From a virus (lineage: Duplodnaviria; Caudoviricetes), in IMG/VR virus record IMGVR_UViG_3300030104_004081, positions 1 to 27,951 of that record: a DNA stretch of 27,951 nucleotides; one strand, written 5' to 3'. Each line of letters starts with the position of its first letter. Positions within the stretch are counted from its first letter, which is position 1. The notes below the pieces were generated by a model. It made no database searches. It was not told the DNA's origin and saw nothing but the letters and a program-made list of their open reading frames with translations. This document shows, in pieces, positions 9,010-16,636 of the stretch. Made by a program: the position numbers and the translations under genes.

Positions 9010-10683
9010 CTAGCCTTGCGGCATCAGACCTTCGACCAGTTGTTCGGGCGCCCCGCCCATACTCTTGGCGGCGCCGGCCATACGTTCAGCACCCTGCATC
9101 GCCATCTCTTCTTCGGCGGCTTGCGCTTGGGCGGCAGCGATCTCTCCGACTTGAGCATCATCGAGCAATAGCGACGATGGGAAGTCGTTGCTCTTTGCGA
9201 TGAACCGTCCGTACTCATCCCAGTTGATGCGGTTCATGACCTCGGGCTTTACTTGACCAACGGCCAGGATCTTGTCGATCGCCTGGCCAACCGTACCCTC
9301 TTCGATCTGCCGCTTGGCTTTCTCGACGGGGCTCGCAAAACGGAATGTGATCTCCGAACCTTGTAGCTCCTCGGGGATTGTACTGACGTCACCGAACGCG
9401 CCGCGGCGCATCATGATCCCGAAACACCGCTCGACCATTGGTCCTGTGTACGAGCTCTCCAACGCCCCAAACACGCTGCCGATCTCGCGGACGAAGGATT
9501 CACGTCGCTGTATCACTTCCGTCGCCGTCATCTGAGGACCGTCGAGGGGCAGGTTCAGGATGTTCTTGAAGAACACGGACATGATCTGCTCGCGTTCCGC
9601 TGATTGCGCGTTCAGACCCCATGGCACTTGGGCGTCTGAGGTCATCTGTTGAAACGGCTTCGACATGCCAAGGTTACGGATCGCCTTGGCATCATAGTAG
9701 CTGACACCGCCTGGCCGCATCTGTGGCGCGTTGACCATGCTATCGGATGGCAACAACCAGGGCGGATCGACGGCCCGGTGCAAGGCCCGGAGCATTGTCT
9801 TACCCATCTGGTTCAACGTAAGCACCGAGGGCAACGCGAGGACGCCGGGTCCTCGTCCGTAGACCTCACCGCTGCGGGTGTCCCAGCGTGGGAATATGAA
9901 CGGAAATTCTTCGAAGCCTTCCTCGAGGACCTGATGCTCGCTCTCGACATCGATGACGACGGACATGAACGGCATGTTGAGATTGTCGCGAATTCTCGGA
10001 TCTCGATCGTAGCGCGGCATCGTTAGCCAAATGAACTCGAACAGCTTGTCCTTGTCCTGGTTGTTCTTCTCCCTCAACGCCTCGCGGGTCTTTACGCCGA
10101 CGTTGTCTTCACCGAACTTCTCAACCGCCTGACGTGCCGTGAGGTGCTCACACACATACGCCTCGGTCGGTAGGTTGTCGGCATCGACGCCGATGTATAC
10201 ATCCTTCAAGTGGAAGGACTTGAACTTGAGACCGCTCTGGTCGTCACGTATGCCGATGAACCCGGCCGACGTTCCAAACGTCACCAGGTCATCATCAAGC
10301 TCGCCGGTCGTCTGGATGAACGACGCTTTGGGATTGTATAACGCACGCCAAAGACGTTCCTCGGCAAAGTCGACCCAATCCTTGACCGCTTGTTTCTCGA
10401 GGAGCTCTTCATCCTCGGGAACGATATCGAACCACTTACCCGGCGCACTGGACTTTGGTCGTAACATGGCACCGATCGAGTTGACCAAGGATCGCTTGGC
10501 CGTAATCGGTGCCGTGTCATAGATCTTATCCGAACGACGATTGCCGCGGTTCTGTGTCGTGAACCCGATACGCTCCGGCGCCAGAACCTCGGCCAGTTCC
10601 TCCCACATTTGGTTGAGGCTATTGCGTTGGTTCTTCTTGGCGTAGAGGCGCTCGATGATCTCGACCGGCTTGAGGTACATCAT
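9010..10683 (-). CDS. Portal protein (head-tail connector)
   Basis: 557 aa with DLVTFGTS, PRW....GEVYGRGPG and MTATEV..R motifs of the T7 gp8/Bbp21 family. Confidence 0.93.
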   Translation of the reverse strand: MMYLKPVEIIERLYAKKNQRNSLNQMWEELAEVLAPERIGFTTQNRGNRRSDKIYDTAPITAKRSLVNSIGAMLRPKSSAPGKWFDIVPEDEELLEKQAVKDWVDFAEERLWRALYNPKASFIQTTGELDDDLVTFGTSAGFIGIRDDQSGLKFKSFHLKDVYIGVDADNLPTEAYVCEHLTARQAVEKFGEDNVGVKTREALREKNNQDKDKLFEFIWLTMPRYDRDPRIRDNLNMPFMSVVIDVESEHQVLEEGFEEFPFIFPRWDTRSGEVYGRGPGVLALPSVLTLNQMGKTMLRALHRAVDPPWLLPSDSMVNAPQMRPGGVSYYDAKAIRNLGMSKPFQQMTSDAQVPWGLNAQSAEREQIMSVFFKNILNLPLDGPQMTATEVIQRRESFVREIGSVFGALESSYTGPMVERCFGIMMRRGAFGDVSTIPEELQGSEITFRFASPVEKAKRQIEEGTVGQAIDKILAVGQVKPEVMNRINWDEYGRFIAKSNDFPSSLLLDDAQVGEIAAAQAQAAEEEMAMQGAERMAGAAKSMGGAPEQLVEGLMPQG

Positions 10684-10874
10684 CCAAGCGTTTTCCGGGT
10701 CGTGTCGGCCGTATCACCCATACTTTGAGTAAGGTCCGTCTGACCAAACCCCATGCGATTGCGTGCGGCCTTCTTTGTGGCTGCCTTCTTCGCCTTCACT
10801 TCAGGGTCTTCAGGTGTTGGAACGGGCGGCGGCGCGGGCGGCATTGGCGGCGGCTTCGGGGTAAACTTTCCCAT
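10680..10874 (-). CDS. Small Pro-rich virion-associated protein
   Basis: MG...PKPPP.PP...R.G...T.LT....KTLG pattern typical of the gene preceding the portal in these phages. Confidence 0.65.
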   Translation of the reverse strand: MGKFTPKPPPMPPAPPPVPTPEDPEVKAKKAATKKAARNRMGFGQTDLTQSMGDTADTTRKTLG

Positions 10875-11338
10875 CAGATCTCCTTCATCATGACCGGACC
10901 GGTATCCCGGAATCCGGATTTGGTAAGCAGGTTGACGAACAGTCTCTGTTCACGCTCATCGAGGCCGGCGGTCGCCGTCGCGAATATATGCGTGCAGTTC
11001 TTTTCTCTCGCGTAGTCGACGACAGCTTCGAGTAGCGATCGCGCTGCTCGGGTCCTCCGACCAGACGGCAAGACCCAGAACTTGGTGACGTACAGCAACG
11101 GCATGTCGTGGAACTCGAGGCTCTCGGCCATCAACACTCCACCAACAACCTCGCTCTCCGTCTCTGCAAGCAGCGCGATCCATCCTGGCGTACCGGACAC
11201 GTAATACCTGAGATGGTCTCGGGCGTGCTCACGGTTGAACGTCAGTTCGTATCGCGTCTCGTCGATGATGCCTTCAATCGCATCGAGCATCATCACCAGG
11301 TCGAACTCAGTCGCCTCACGGATATCGACGTGCATCAA
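10874..11338 (-). CDS. GNAT family N-acetyltransferase
   Basis: IREAT..D and FWVLPSGRRTRAARSLL (acetyl-CoA binding motif A), plus a C-terminal GF motif. Confidence 0.8.
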   Translation of the reverse strand: MMHVDIREATEFDLVMMLDAIEGIIDETRYELTFNREHARDHLRYYVSGTPGWIALLAETESEVVGGVLMAESLEFHDMPLLYVTKFWVLPSGRRTRAARSLLEAVVDYAREKNCTHIFATATAGLDEREQRLFVNLLTKSGFRDTGPVMMKEI

Positions 11339-12657
11339 TACCGCAGTCCGTCATAGTCCGCTGCCGGCTTCGGTGCGCGCATGGCGACCTTGACAATGCC
11401 GGCCGGCGCCAGGCGTTCGAAGAACGTCAGCGCCAATGCGTCGGCGACGTCAGGTGATGCGATGCCGCGCTTCTTCAAATCTTCCTTCTTCTCCAGCGCA
11501 CACTGTCCAGACACCGTGTACTTATACCCGGGCCCGAGGAGGTCACTCTTCAAGACGGCGACCTCTTCGTCCGGGATTCGGAACTGTGCGTTCTTCAACC
11601 AGTCGCGCATGTCGCCCCAGAGCTCGACCCGCTTGTTGGCCCAGCGGATCGGGTCATCAGCCTTGCGACCGACCTGAACATCTCGAACCGGGTAGCCGGC
11701 CGTCGTAATGTAGTCGACGACACCACCACCAACGCCGGCGCCATCAACGTAGATCATCTGCGGCTTGACGTTGTCAGCCCACCTCATGATCTCGTTCGAT
11801 AGGAACACCAGGTCGTTCTTCGCATATCGTTTGACGTCTTCGATCGTGCGGCCGCGGCGCGTCAAGATCACGCTCTGGTCGTCACCGAACCTTGCCACGT
11901 CGACACCGAGGACGGCCGGCATGTTACCGTCGGGCGCCTCACGTCGGGCAATGGCTTCCTCGACAATCTCTGTCGGGATGAACTGCGCCTCGGCCGCGGC
12001 GGCGAAGTCGCACTCGAGCTCCTGTGCATATTTGGGCGGCGGCATCTCGGCCGCCAGATCCTGCAACGTATCCTCATCGAGGATCCCACTTTCGGATGCC
12101 TTGAGCATCAGTGAGAACCAATCCGCCTCTCTCAACGATCGTTGATAGAGGTTGTAGAATTCGTCGTATCCGCCTGGCGTTCCACTCACCGTCAGGAACC
12201 CATCTCGATCGGCCAGTGCCGGCAGGACGACTTCCTGCATCAACGCCGGGTGGACGTCCTTCATTTCGTCGATCGCCATCCCGTCGCTGTAGATCCCGCG
12301 AAGCGTATCGGGAGCATCCGCTCCGTAGAGCCGGATCCTCGCCGGCGTCCCCGCGGCCGATGGCACCTCGACCCACAGTTCACTCTCGTTGATCTTTCGA
12401 TGCGAACCGAGGAACGCGGTCTGTTGTTTCGCATACGTCCAGGCTATGTCCTTCGCCTGGCGAAACAACGGTGCGATGAACTGAAACCGTCCTTGCGGCT
12501 CGGTGCATCGCAATGCGTGATCGACCAGGTCAGCAACAAGCGCGACGGTCTTACCGGCCCGGCGGTGACATACCAGACAGGCGCGTTTCTCCTTCCGCAT
12601 GTGGAAAGAAACGAAAGGCGCTCGAGGCTGGTAGTCGAAGATCAGATCAGTTGGCAT
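11335..12657 (-). CDS. terL: Terminase large subunit
   Basis: Walker A HRRAGKT, LRG...DGMAIDE Walker B, GTPGG coupling motif, nuclease motifs GVDVARFGDD and SPDVADAL. Confidence 0.95.
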   Translation of the reverse strand: MPTDLIFDYQPRAPFVSFHMRKEKRACLVCHRRAGKTVALVADLVDHALRCTEPQGRFQFIAPLFRQAKDIAWTYAKQQTAFLGSHRKINESELWVEVPSAAGTPARIRLYGADAPDTLRGIYSDGMAIDEMKDVHPALMQEVVLPALADRDGFLTVSGTPGGYDEFYNLYQRSLREADWFSLMLKASESGILDEDTLQDLAAEMPPPKYAQELECDFAAAAEAQFIPTEIVEEAIARREAPDGNMPAVLGVDVARFGDDQSVILTRRGRTIEDVKRYAKNDLVFLSNEIMRWADNVKPQMIYVDGAGVGGGVVDYITTAGYPVRDVQVGRKADDPIRWANKRVELWGDMRDWLKNAQFRIPDEEVAVLKSDLLGPGYKYTVSGQCALEKKEDLKKRGIASPDVADALALTFFERLAPAGIVKVAMRAPKPAADYDGLRY

Positions 12658-12958
12658 CGGCCTCGGGCCGCGGCACGGCCGAGATGATGTTAAACGTCAA
12701 GTCTCCTTCATGCTCGACGGCTTGCGGTGCCCGACCATACCCTCGATCGAGTAGTTCCTTACACGCCGAGATCTTGGCGCTGTCGCTGTCGGCTTGTGTG
12801 GCTAGTATGACCAATGTCTCGATGGCTGTCGTCGCGTGCGACCTGGCAAGATCTGACAGGGTGACCTTCTGATCACGTGTCGCACGTGAATTCGATCCAC
12901 GTTTACGGCCGGCGCCAGGTCGACGTCCGCCGTGTTGTTTCTTCTCCTTCTCGGCCAT
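12647..12958 (-). CDS. terS: Terminase small subunit
   Basis: HGGRRPGAGRKRG N-terminus and ELLDRGYGRAPQ motif; overlaps the terL start. Confidence 0.8.
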   Translation of the reverse strand: MAEKEKKQHGGRRPGAGRKRGSNSRATRDQKVTLSDLARSHATTAIETLVILATQADSDSAKISACKELLDRGYGRAPQAVEHEGDLTFNIISAVPRPEADAN

Positions 12959-12999
12959 TGATCAGACCAGAAGCAGAAGCAACAGCGTAAGTTCGACCA

Positions 13000-13146
13000 T
13001 TACGCCTTGGCCGTAGCCCGACGGCGCTTGGTCGCGGCCGACATGCGACTAGACTTCTTCTTTTTCGCTGCCGTGGCTGCCTTCTTACCAGCCTTCGTGT
13101 AAGGGTAAGACCTCATCTTACCACCAGCCGTTTTAACTTGGGGCAT
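13000..13146 (-). CDS. Small basic protein (48 aa), first gene of the late operon
   Basis: Found by hand: MPQVKTAGGKMRSYPYTKAGKKAATAAKKKKSSRMSAATKRRRATAKA, preceded by a GAGGTGG RBS. Confidence 0.7.
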   Translation of the reverse strand: MPQVKTAGGKMRSYPYTKAGKKAATAAKKKKSSRMSAATKRRRATAKA

Positions 13147-13174
13147 GACCACCTCGTCTTGAAAAATGATGATT

Positions 13175-13211
13175 AAAAATCAAACGCCCTGCCGCGGAAT
13201 GGGCAGGGCGT
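13175..13211 (-). terminator. Intrinsic terminator immediately downstream of the late promoter
   Basis: 10-bp stem ACGCCCTGCC/GGCAGGGCGT with an 8-nt loop, followed on the minus strand by TTGATTTTT. Confidence 0.7.
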
Positions 13212-13230
13212 AAGTGTGATAGACTAACCA

Positions 13231-13259
13231 AAACTACTGCATCTTGTGTTTCACGTCAA
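13231..13259 (-). promoter_or_regulatory. Sigma70-type late promoter
   Basis: Minus strand TTGACG-17 bp-TAGTTT in an AT-rich intergenic region ahead of the packaging operon. Confidence 0.65.
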
Positions 13260-13290
13260 CGATGTCGAACATAAACACAACATGTTGTGA
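13234..13290. promoter_or_regulatory. Tandem NrdR-box-like palindromes
   Basis: CTACTGCATCTTGTGT (13234-13249) and ACACAACATGTTGTGA (13275-13290), 41 bp apart, resembling the consensus acaCwAtATaTwGtgt. Confidence 0.5.
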
Positions 13291-13300
13291 GCCAGGTCAT

Positions 13301-13352
13301 AAATTGGCAGGTTAAACTGGCAAACTGGCAAAAATCATTTCTCTGCCAGTTT
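13301..13352. repeat. Cluster of AAACTGGCA short repeats
   Basis: AAATTGGCA, two copies of AAACTGGCA and an inverted TGCCAGTTT within 52 bp. Confidence 0.55.
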
Positions 13353-13539
13353 ATTTTTTAAACGTCACCTCCATCCCCGGCTCATCGAACCGGCGCTTGC
13401 CGATCAATTCCGCGAACATCTGGTTACCGCGGACGTTACCAGGTCCGCGATCAGGTGTGAGGGTTTTCATTCGGTTCAGACTTTCAAGACCGCGGCGCCG
13501 GCCATCGTCATCAATGTTGCAGTGCTTCTTCTCATCCAT
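13351..13539 (-). CDS. Hypothetical protein
   Basis: 62 aa ORF overlapping the upstream stop, in operon orientation. Confidence 0.55.
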   Translation of the reverse strand: MDEKKHCNIDDDGRRRGLESLNRMKTLTPDRGPGNVRGNQMFAELIGKRRFDEPGMEVTFKK

Positions 13540-13975
13540 AACCGTAATACCTCGCTAGATGTTCCAGTGCGACGATCAGCCGACCACGTGCATCGTTCAA
13601 CGTGGTACGTCCATCGCCGCGGTTGATGTGTTCGCGTAAGCTCATGTCGACACCGATGACATCCCAAAGCACCGAGCCGGCTTGTTTGCCGACAGCCGTC
13701 ATCGCCGCGGCAACAGCGCCTCGAGCTTGGATACTTTTCCGAACCAGGTAATCGGCGTGCTGCGGTGAGCTATCCACCTTGTGATGCACGTCCGACGTTG
13801 CGTAGTAGCCGGAGAGTTGCGCCGTGTGAAAATCGCTCGCGAACCGGAGCGCAGCCGTATGCATGTTGGGTTCGATGACACCATCGCGAACCCATTTTTC
13901 AGTCAGTGACAATCGACGCTGGCGATACTCGCCGGCGCGGATCGTCTCCTCGATGACAATTTCTGACATTCCCAA
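13532..13975 (-). CDS. DUF6456-like (GafA/GafZ-related) late transcription regulator, putative antiterminator
   Basis: AA.RF..DF and AR..V..AM..VG.....VLWDV.G...SL...L..ALE.LARYYG fit the DUF6456 pattern; occupies the lambda Q-like position before the late promoter. Confidence 0.65.
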   Translation of the reverse strand: MGMSEIVIEETIRAGEYRQRRLSLTEKWVRDGVIEPNMHTAALRFASDFHTAQLSGYYATSDVHHKVDSSPQHADYLVRKSIQARGAVAAAMTAVGKQAGSVLWDVIGVDMSLREHINRGDGRTTLNDARGRLIVALEHLARYYGYG

Positions 13976-13982
13976 TCTCCAG

Positions 13983-14196
13983 TTAGGGAATTAGGGAACT
14001 AGTGACAATTTCCCATGGAGTCTCAAATTAGTCTGACCACCATCACTACTAATTTATCTGCTCTAAGGGAGGTTTCCCTAATTCCCTAATTGACCTCAAA
14101 AATTCGACCAAGTCGTTGAAACTAAACAACTAGGGAACTAGGGAAATCTTTCCCTAGCTTTCCCTAATTGTCCCTAAATTCGGGGTGTTTTCCCTA
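13983..14196. repeat. Putative replication origin with TAGGGA/TCCCTA iterons in both orientations
   Basis: TAGGGA at 13984, 13992, 14131 and 14139; TCCCTA at 14075, 14083, 14151, 14161, 14171 and 14191. Non-coding, AT-rich, directly downstream of the primase-helicase. Confidence 0.7.
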
Positions 14197-16494
14197 AATC
14201 GGGGTCCGTTGTCGGGTGTCGAACTGTTTTGTGATCGTCTTAGTGTCACGTGCGGCGTCTATCGCTAACCAGTGTTCCCTATTTCTGACCGCTCTGACCT
14301 CGGTCTGTTTATTATTTATCGAGTAGCGTGCGCCGTTCTTTGTGCCTGGTCTGAGGTTGTGGAGCTTCGGCCAGATGTTCCGAACTGCCTTGTCGAGATC
14401 AGATCCGCGGTAGAGATCCGACAGGCTGAGATCGGCAGCGGCACGTCGGATCTCATGCGCCAACGTGTCACGTGTAACGAGGTCGTGCTCGGTTGTTTCT
14501 TTGACGTAATCTGTAATGCGTTCGATCGGTGATGATGTCGTCTCAATCATCGACATCTTACCTGGCGTCATCGGTGGATATACATGGTCAAACTTCGATA
14601 CGTCTCGCGTTTTTAAATACCAAAATATCTTTTGTGGTTCGTCGGCTTCGAGGCTGCGGTGTAGTCGTTCGTAGTAATCGTTCTTCTCCATTTGTGTCGG
14701 GTTCGTCAGAACGCAAACGCGTCGATCCTCTTCCGGAATGACCAGGGCGTCGCCATGGTTCGAGAAGATCAAAGCGTTGAACCACATAAAATCGTTTCGC
14801 GCTGCACCGTACTTTGTGTTCCGCCAGAACGTCGACGGATCGTTCGAGATCCTGTCCTTAAACGTCTCGTAGCTGTCGAAGAAGTCCTCCCTGGTCACGT
14901 CCTTGGCTTCGTTGATGATTAGAAACTGACATTCAGCCGCCCAGTCATTATAGGTGTTCTCACCGCTGGTCCCCTTGCCGATCAATTGCTTGAACGTGGC
15001 ATGATTGACGTGCCCCTTGAGGGCTGCCGCCAGGGCCTTACCGAGCCAGCTTCGCCCCGTACCGAACGCGTCCTCGGCGATCATCAGCATGGCGTAGGAT
15101 CGCCGGCCCGGGTTCTGAACCTTCCAGGCCAGCCAGTCGAGAAACAGATCGTATTCGATATCGTTCGGCAGAAGGTAATCGATATGGTCGAGGAACACCG
15201 TCGGCTCCTCCGACGTCTCCGGCCAGGTCGCCTCGATGTAGGCATTAATATGGTTCTGTACGTCCATATCGAAAGTATCGTTACGGCCTGGCCAGTACGT
15301 GATACGTGCGGCGCGACGCGTGTCGTCGCTCTCGAGCATCGCTGTCGATACCTGGACCGGCCGATCGTGACCGGGTGCATCGACCTTACGCTTATGCCGG
15401 CCGCCGAACTCGCGGTCCTCGAGGATCCACCACCCGCCTTGCGGGCGTTGGTTCATGTCGGCCCACTTACATCCGTTCTCGACATATACATATTGCTGTT
15501 GCAAGAACGGCAGCGGGTCGACGCCGGCGGCCCAGGGCCCGCCCTGTTCGACAACCCAGTCATTATATTCGCGGAAGCCTCGCTCGCGGCAGTGCTCATG
15601 AAAACAATTAAAGCCGCGGCGCTCCGCGTGGGATCCACTGCCGCGGCCGAGAGGCGAATAGGATGCGACGTTCGAGCCTGTCGTGTGCTGATCGCCCCAA
15701 GGGCACGCGACCTCGACGAACTCCTGACCGCTGTCCGAGATCACGTGATTGTTCTCGGTCAGCCAGGTCAACACCGGATCATCGATGACGTTGGCGATCT
15801 TCGTCACACGTGTACCGTTCATCTTAGCGCGGTCGATCGTTCGCGACGCCATCGAGCTCCACTGCTCACTTGATACGCCAAGCTCGCGCGCCAGGTCGGC
15901 CAGTTGCCAGACGGTATCGTCGACGACCTCGACACGTGAGATGAAACGGTCCCTGCCCTCCTTGAGATTGGCGCTGCCCGGGATCCGCATCAGTCGATAA
16001 GATCCGCCGGCACCGCCATCACCCCAACCCTGCTCATGCGTCCACTCGATCAATGCCTCGTAGGATCCGAACTTGTCACCGGGCTCGAGCAAATATCCCC
16101 ATTGATAGTTGCCGGCCGAGCTCTCGAGCTTCCAGGCTGGATCCACCGGCGGCGCTTCCGCCTTGGTGCCGATATCATCGAGGACCAGGCAATGATAGCG
16201 CGTCAGATCCTCGCGGCGGCGGCGCAGGGCATTGCCCTTTTGGTTTAACGTGCCACGTGTGGCGCTGACGCAAAAGTACCAGGCCTGGCGCATTCGTTCC
16301 GGGCGCCGCTTCCAACCTGTAAACACCTCATGGTCCGGCGCCACATTCCAGAACACCGTGTCGCCATTCGCCTTGGGCGATCCCTTGGCGACGCAAATCG
16401 TCTCATCGTCATCCAAGTCGCCGAACACAAACTCGAGAAACTTATCAGGCGTCATCACGTTCGCTCCAGAACTCATATATCTTCCTCGCGTCAT
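14194..16494 (-). CDS. Primase-helicase (RepB-like primase, Zn-binding motif, DUF5906/D5-like ATPase)
   Basis: LVLDDIG, LESSAGNYQWGY and RLMRIPGS primase motifs; CPW...H...FNCFHEHC; GTGRS Walker A, IINE Walker B, FSNH and DRR motifs. The start may be 16476. Confidence 0.85.
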   Translation of the reverse strand: MTRGRYMSSGANVMTPDKFLEFVFGDLDDDETICVAKGSPKANGDTVFWNVAPDHEVFTGWKRRPERMRQAWYFCVSATRGTLNQKGNALRRRREDLTRYHCLVLDDIGTKAEAPPVDPAWKLESSAGNYQWGYLLEPGDKFGSYEALIEWTHEQGWGDGGAGGSYRLMRIPGSANLKEGRDRFISRVEVVDDTVWQLADLARELGVSSEQWSSMASRTIDRAKMNGTRVTKIANVIDDPVLTWLTENNHVISDSGQEFVEVACPWGDQHTTGSNVASYSPLGRGSGSHAERRGFNCFHEHCRERGFREYNDWVVEQGGPWAAGVDPLPFLQQQYVYVENGCKWADMNQRPQGGWWILEDREFGGRHKRKVDAPGHDRPVQVSTAMLESDDTRRAARITYWPGRNDTFDMDVQNHINAYIEATWPETSEEPTVFLDHIDYLLPNDIEYDLFLDWLAWKVQNPGRRSYAMLMIAEDAFGTGRSWLGKALAAALKGHVNHATFKQLIGKGTSGENTYNDWAAECQFLIINEAKDVTREDFFDSYETFKDRISNDPSTFWRNTKYGAARNDFMWFNALIFSNHGDALVIPEEDRRVCVLTNPTQMEKNDYYERLHRSLEADEPQKIFWYLKTRDVSKFDHVYPPMTPGKMSMIETTSSPIERITDYVKETTEHDLVTRDTLAHEIRRAAADLSLSDLYRGSDLDKAVRNIWPKLHNLRPGTKNGARYSINNKQTEVRAVRNREHWLAIDAARDTKTITKQFDTRQRTPI

Positions 16495-16636
16495 CAGGGT
16501 TATCTCCGTCGAGCTTACGTTCGAATCGCGTCAGCGTTCCGTTCTTAGCCGCCGAAACAAATGACCAACCGTCCGGCTCCTTGACCTCCCAGATCTCTCC
16601 ATCACGCATCTCGAGCCAGCGATCCCACGCACTCAT
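16445..16636 (-). CDS. Hypothetical protein
   Basis: 63 aa ORF with ATGA coupling to the polymerase stop. Confidence 0.55.
   Translation of the reverse strand: MSAWDRWLEMRDGEIWEVKEPDGWSFVSAAKNGTLTRFERKLDGDNPDDARKIYEFWSERDDA

Noticed and set aside
13983-13998. Telomere-like TTAGGG
   Set aside because: Part of the TAGGGA iteron set in an internal phage region, not a tandem telomeric tract.
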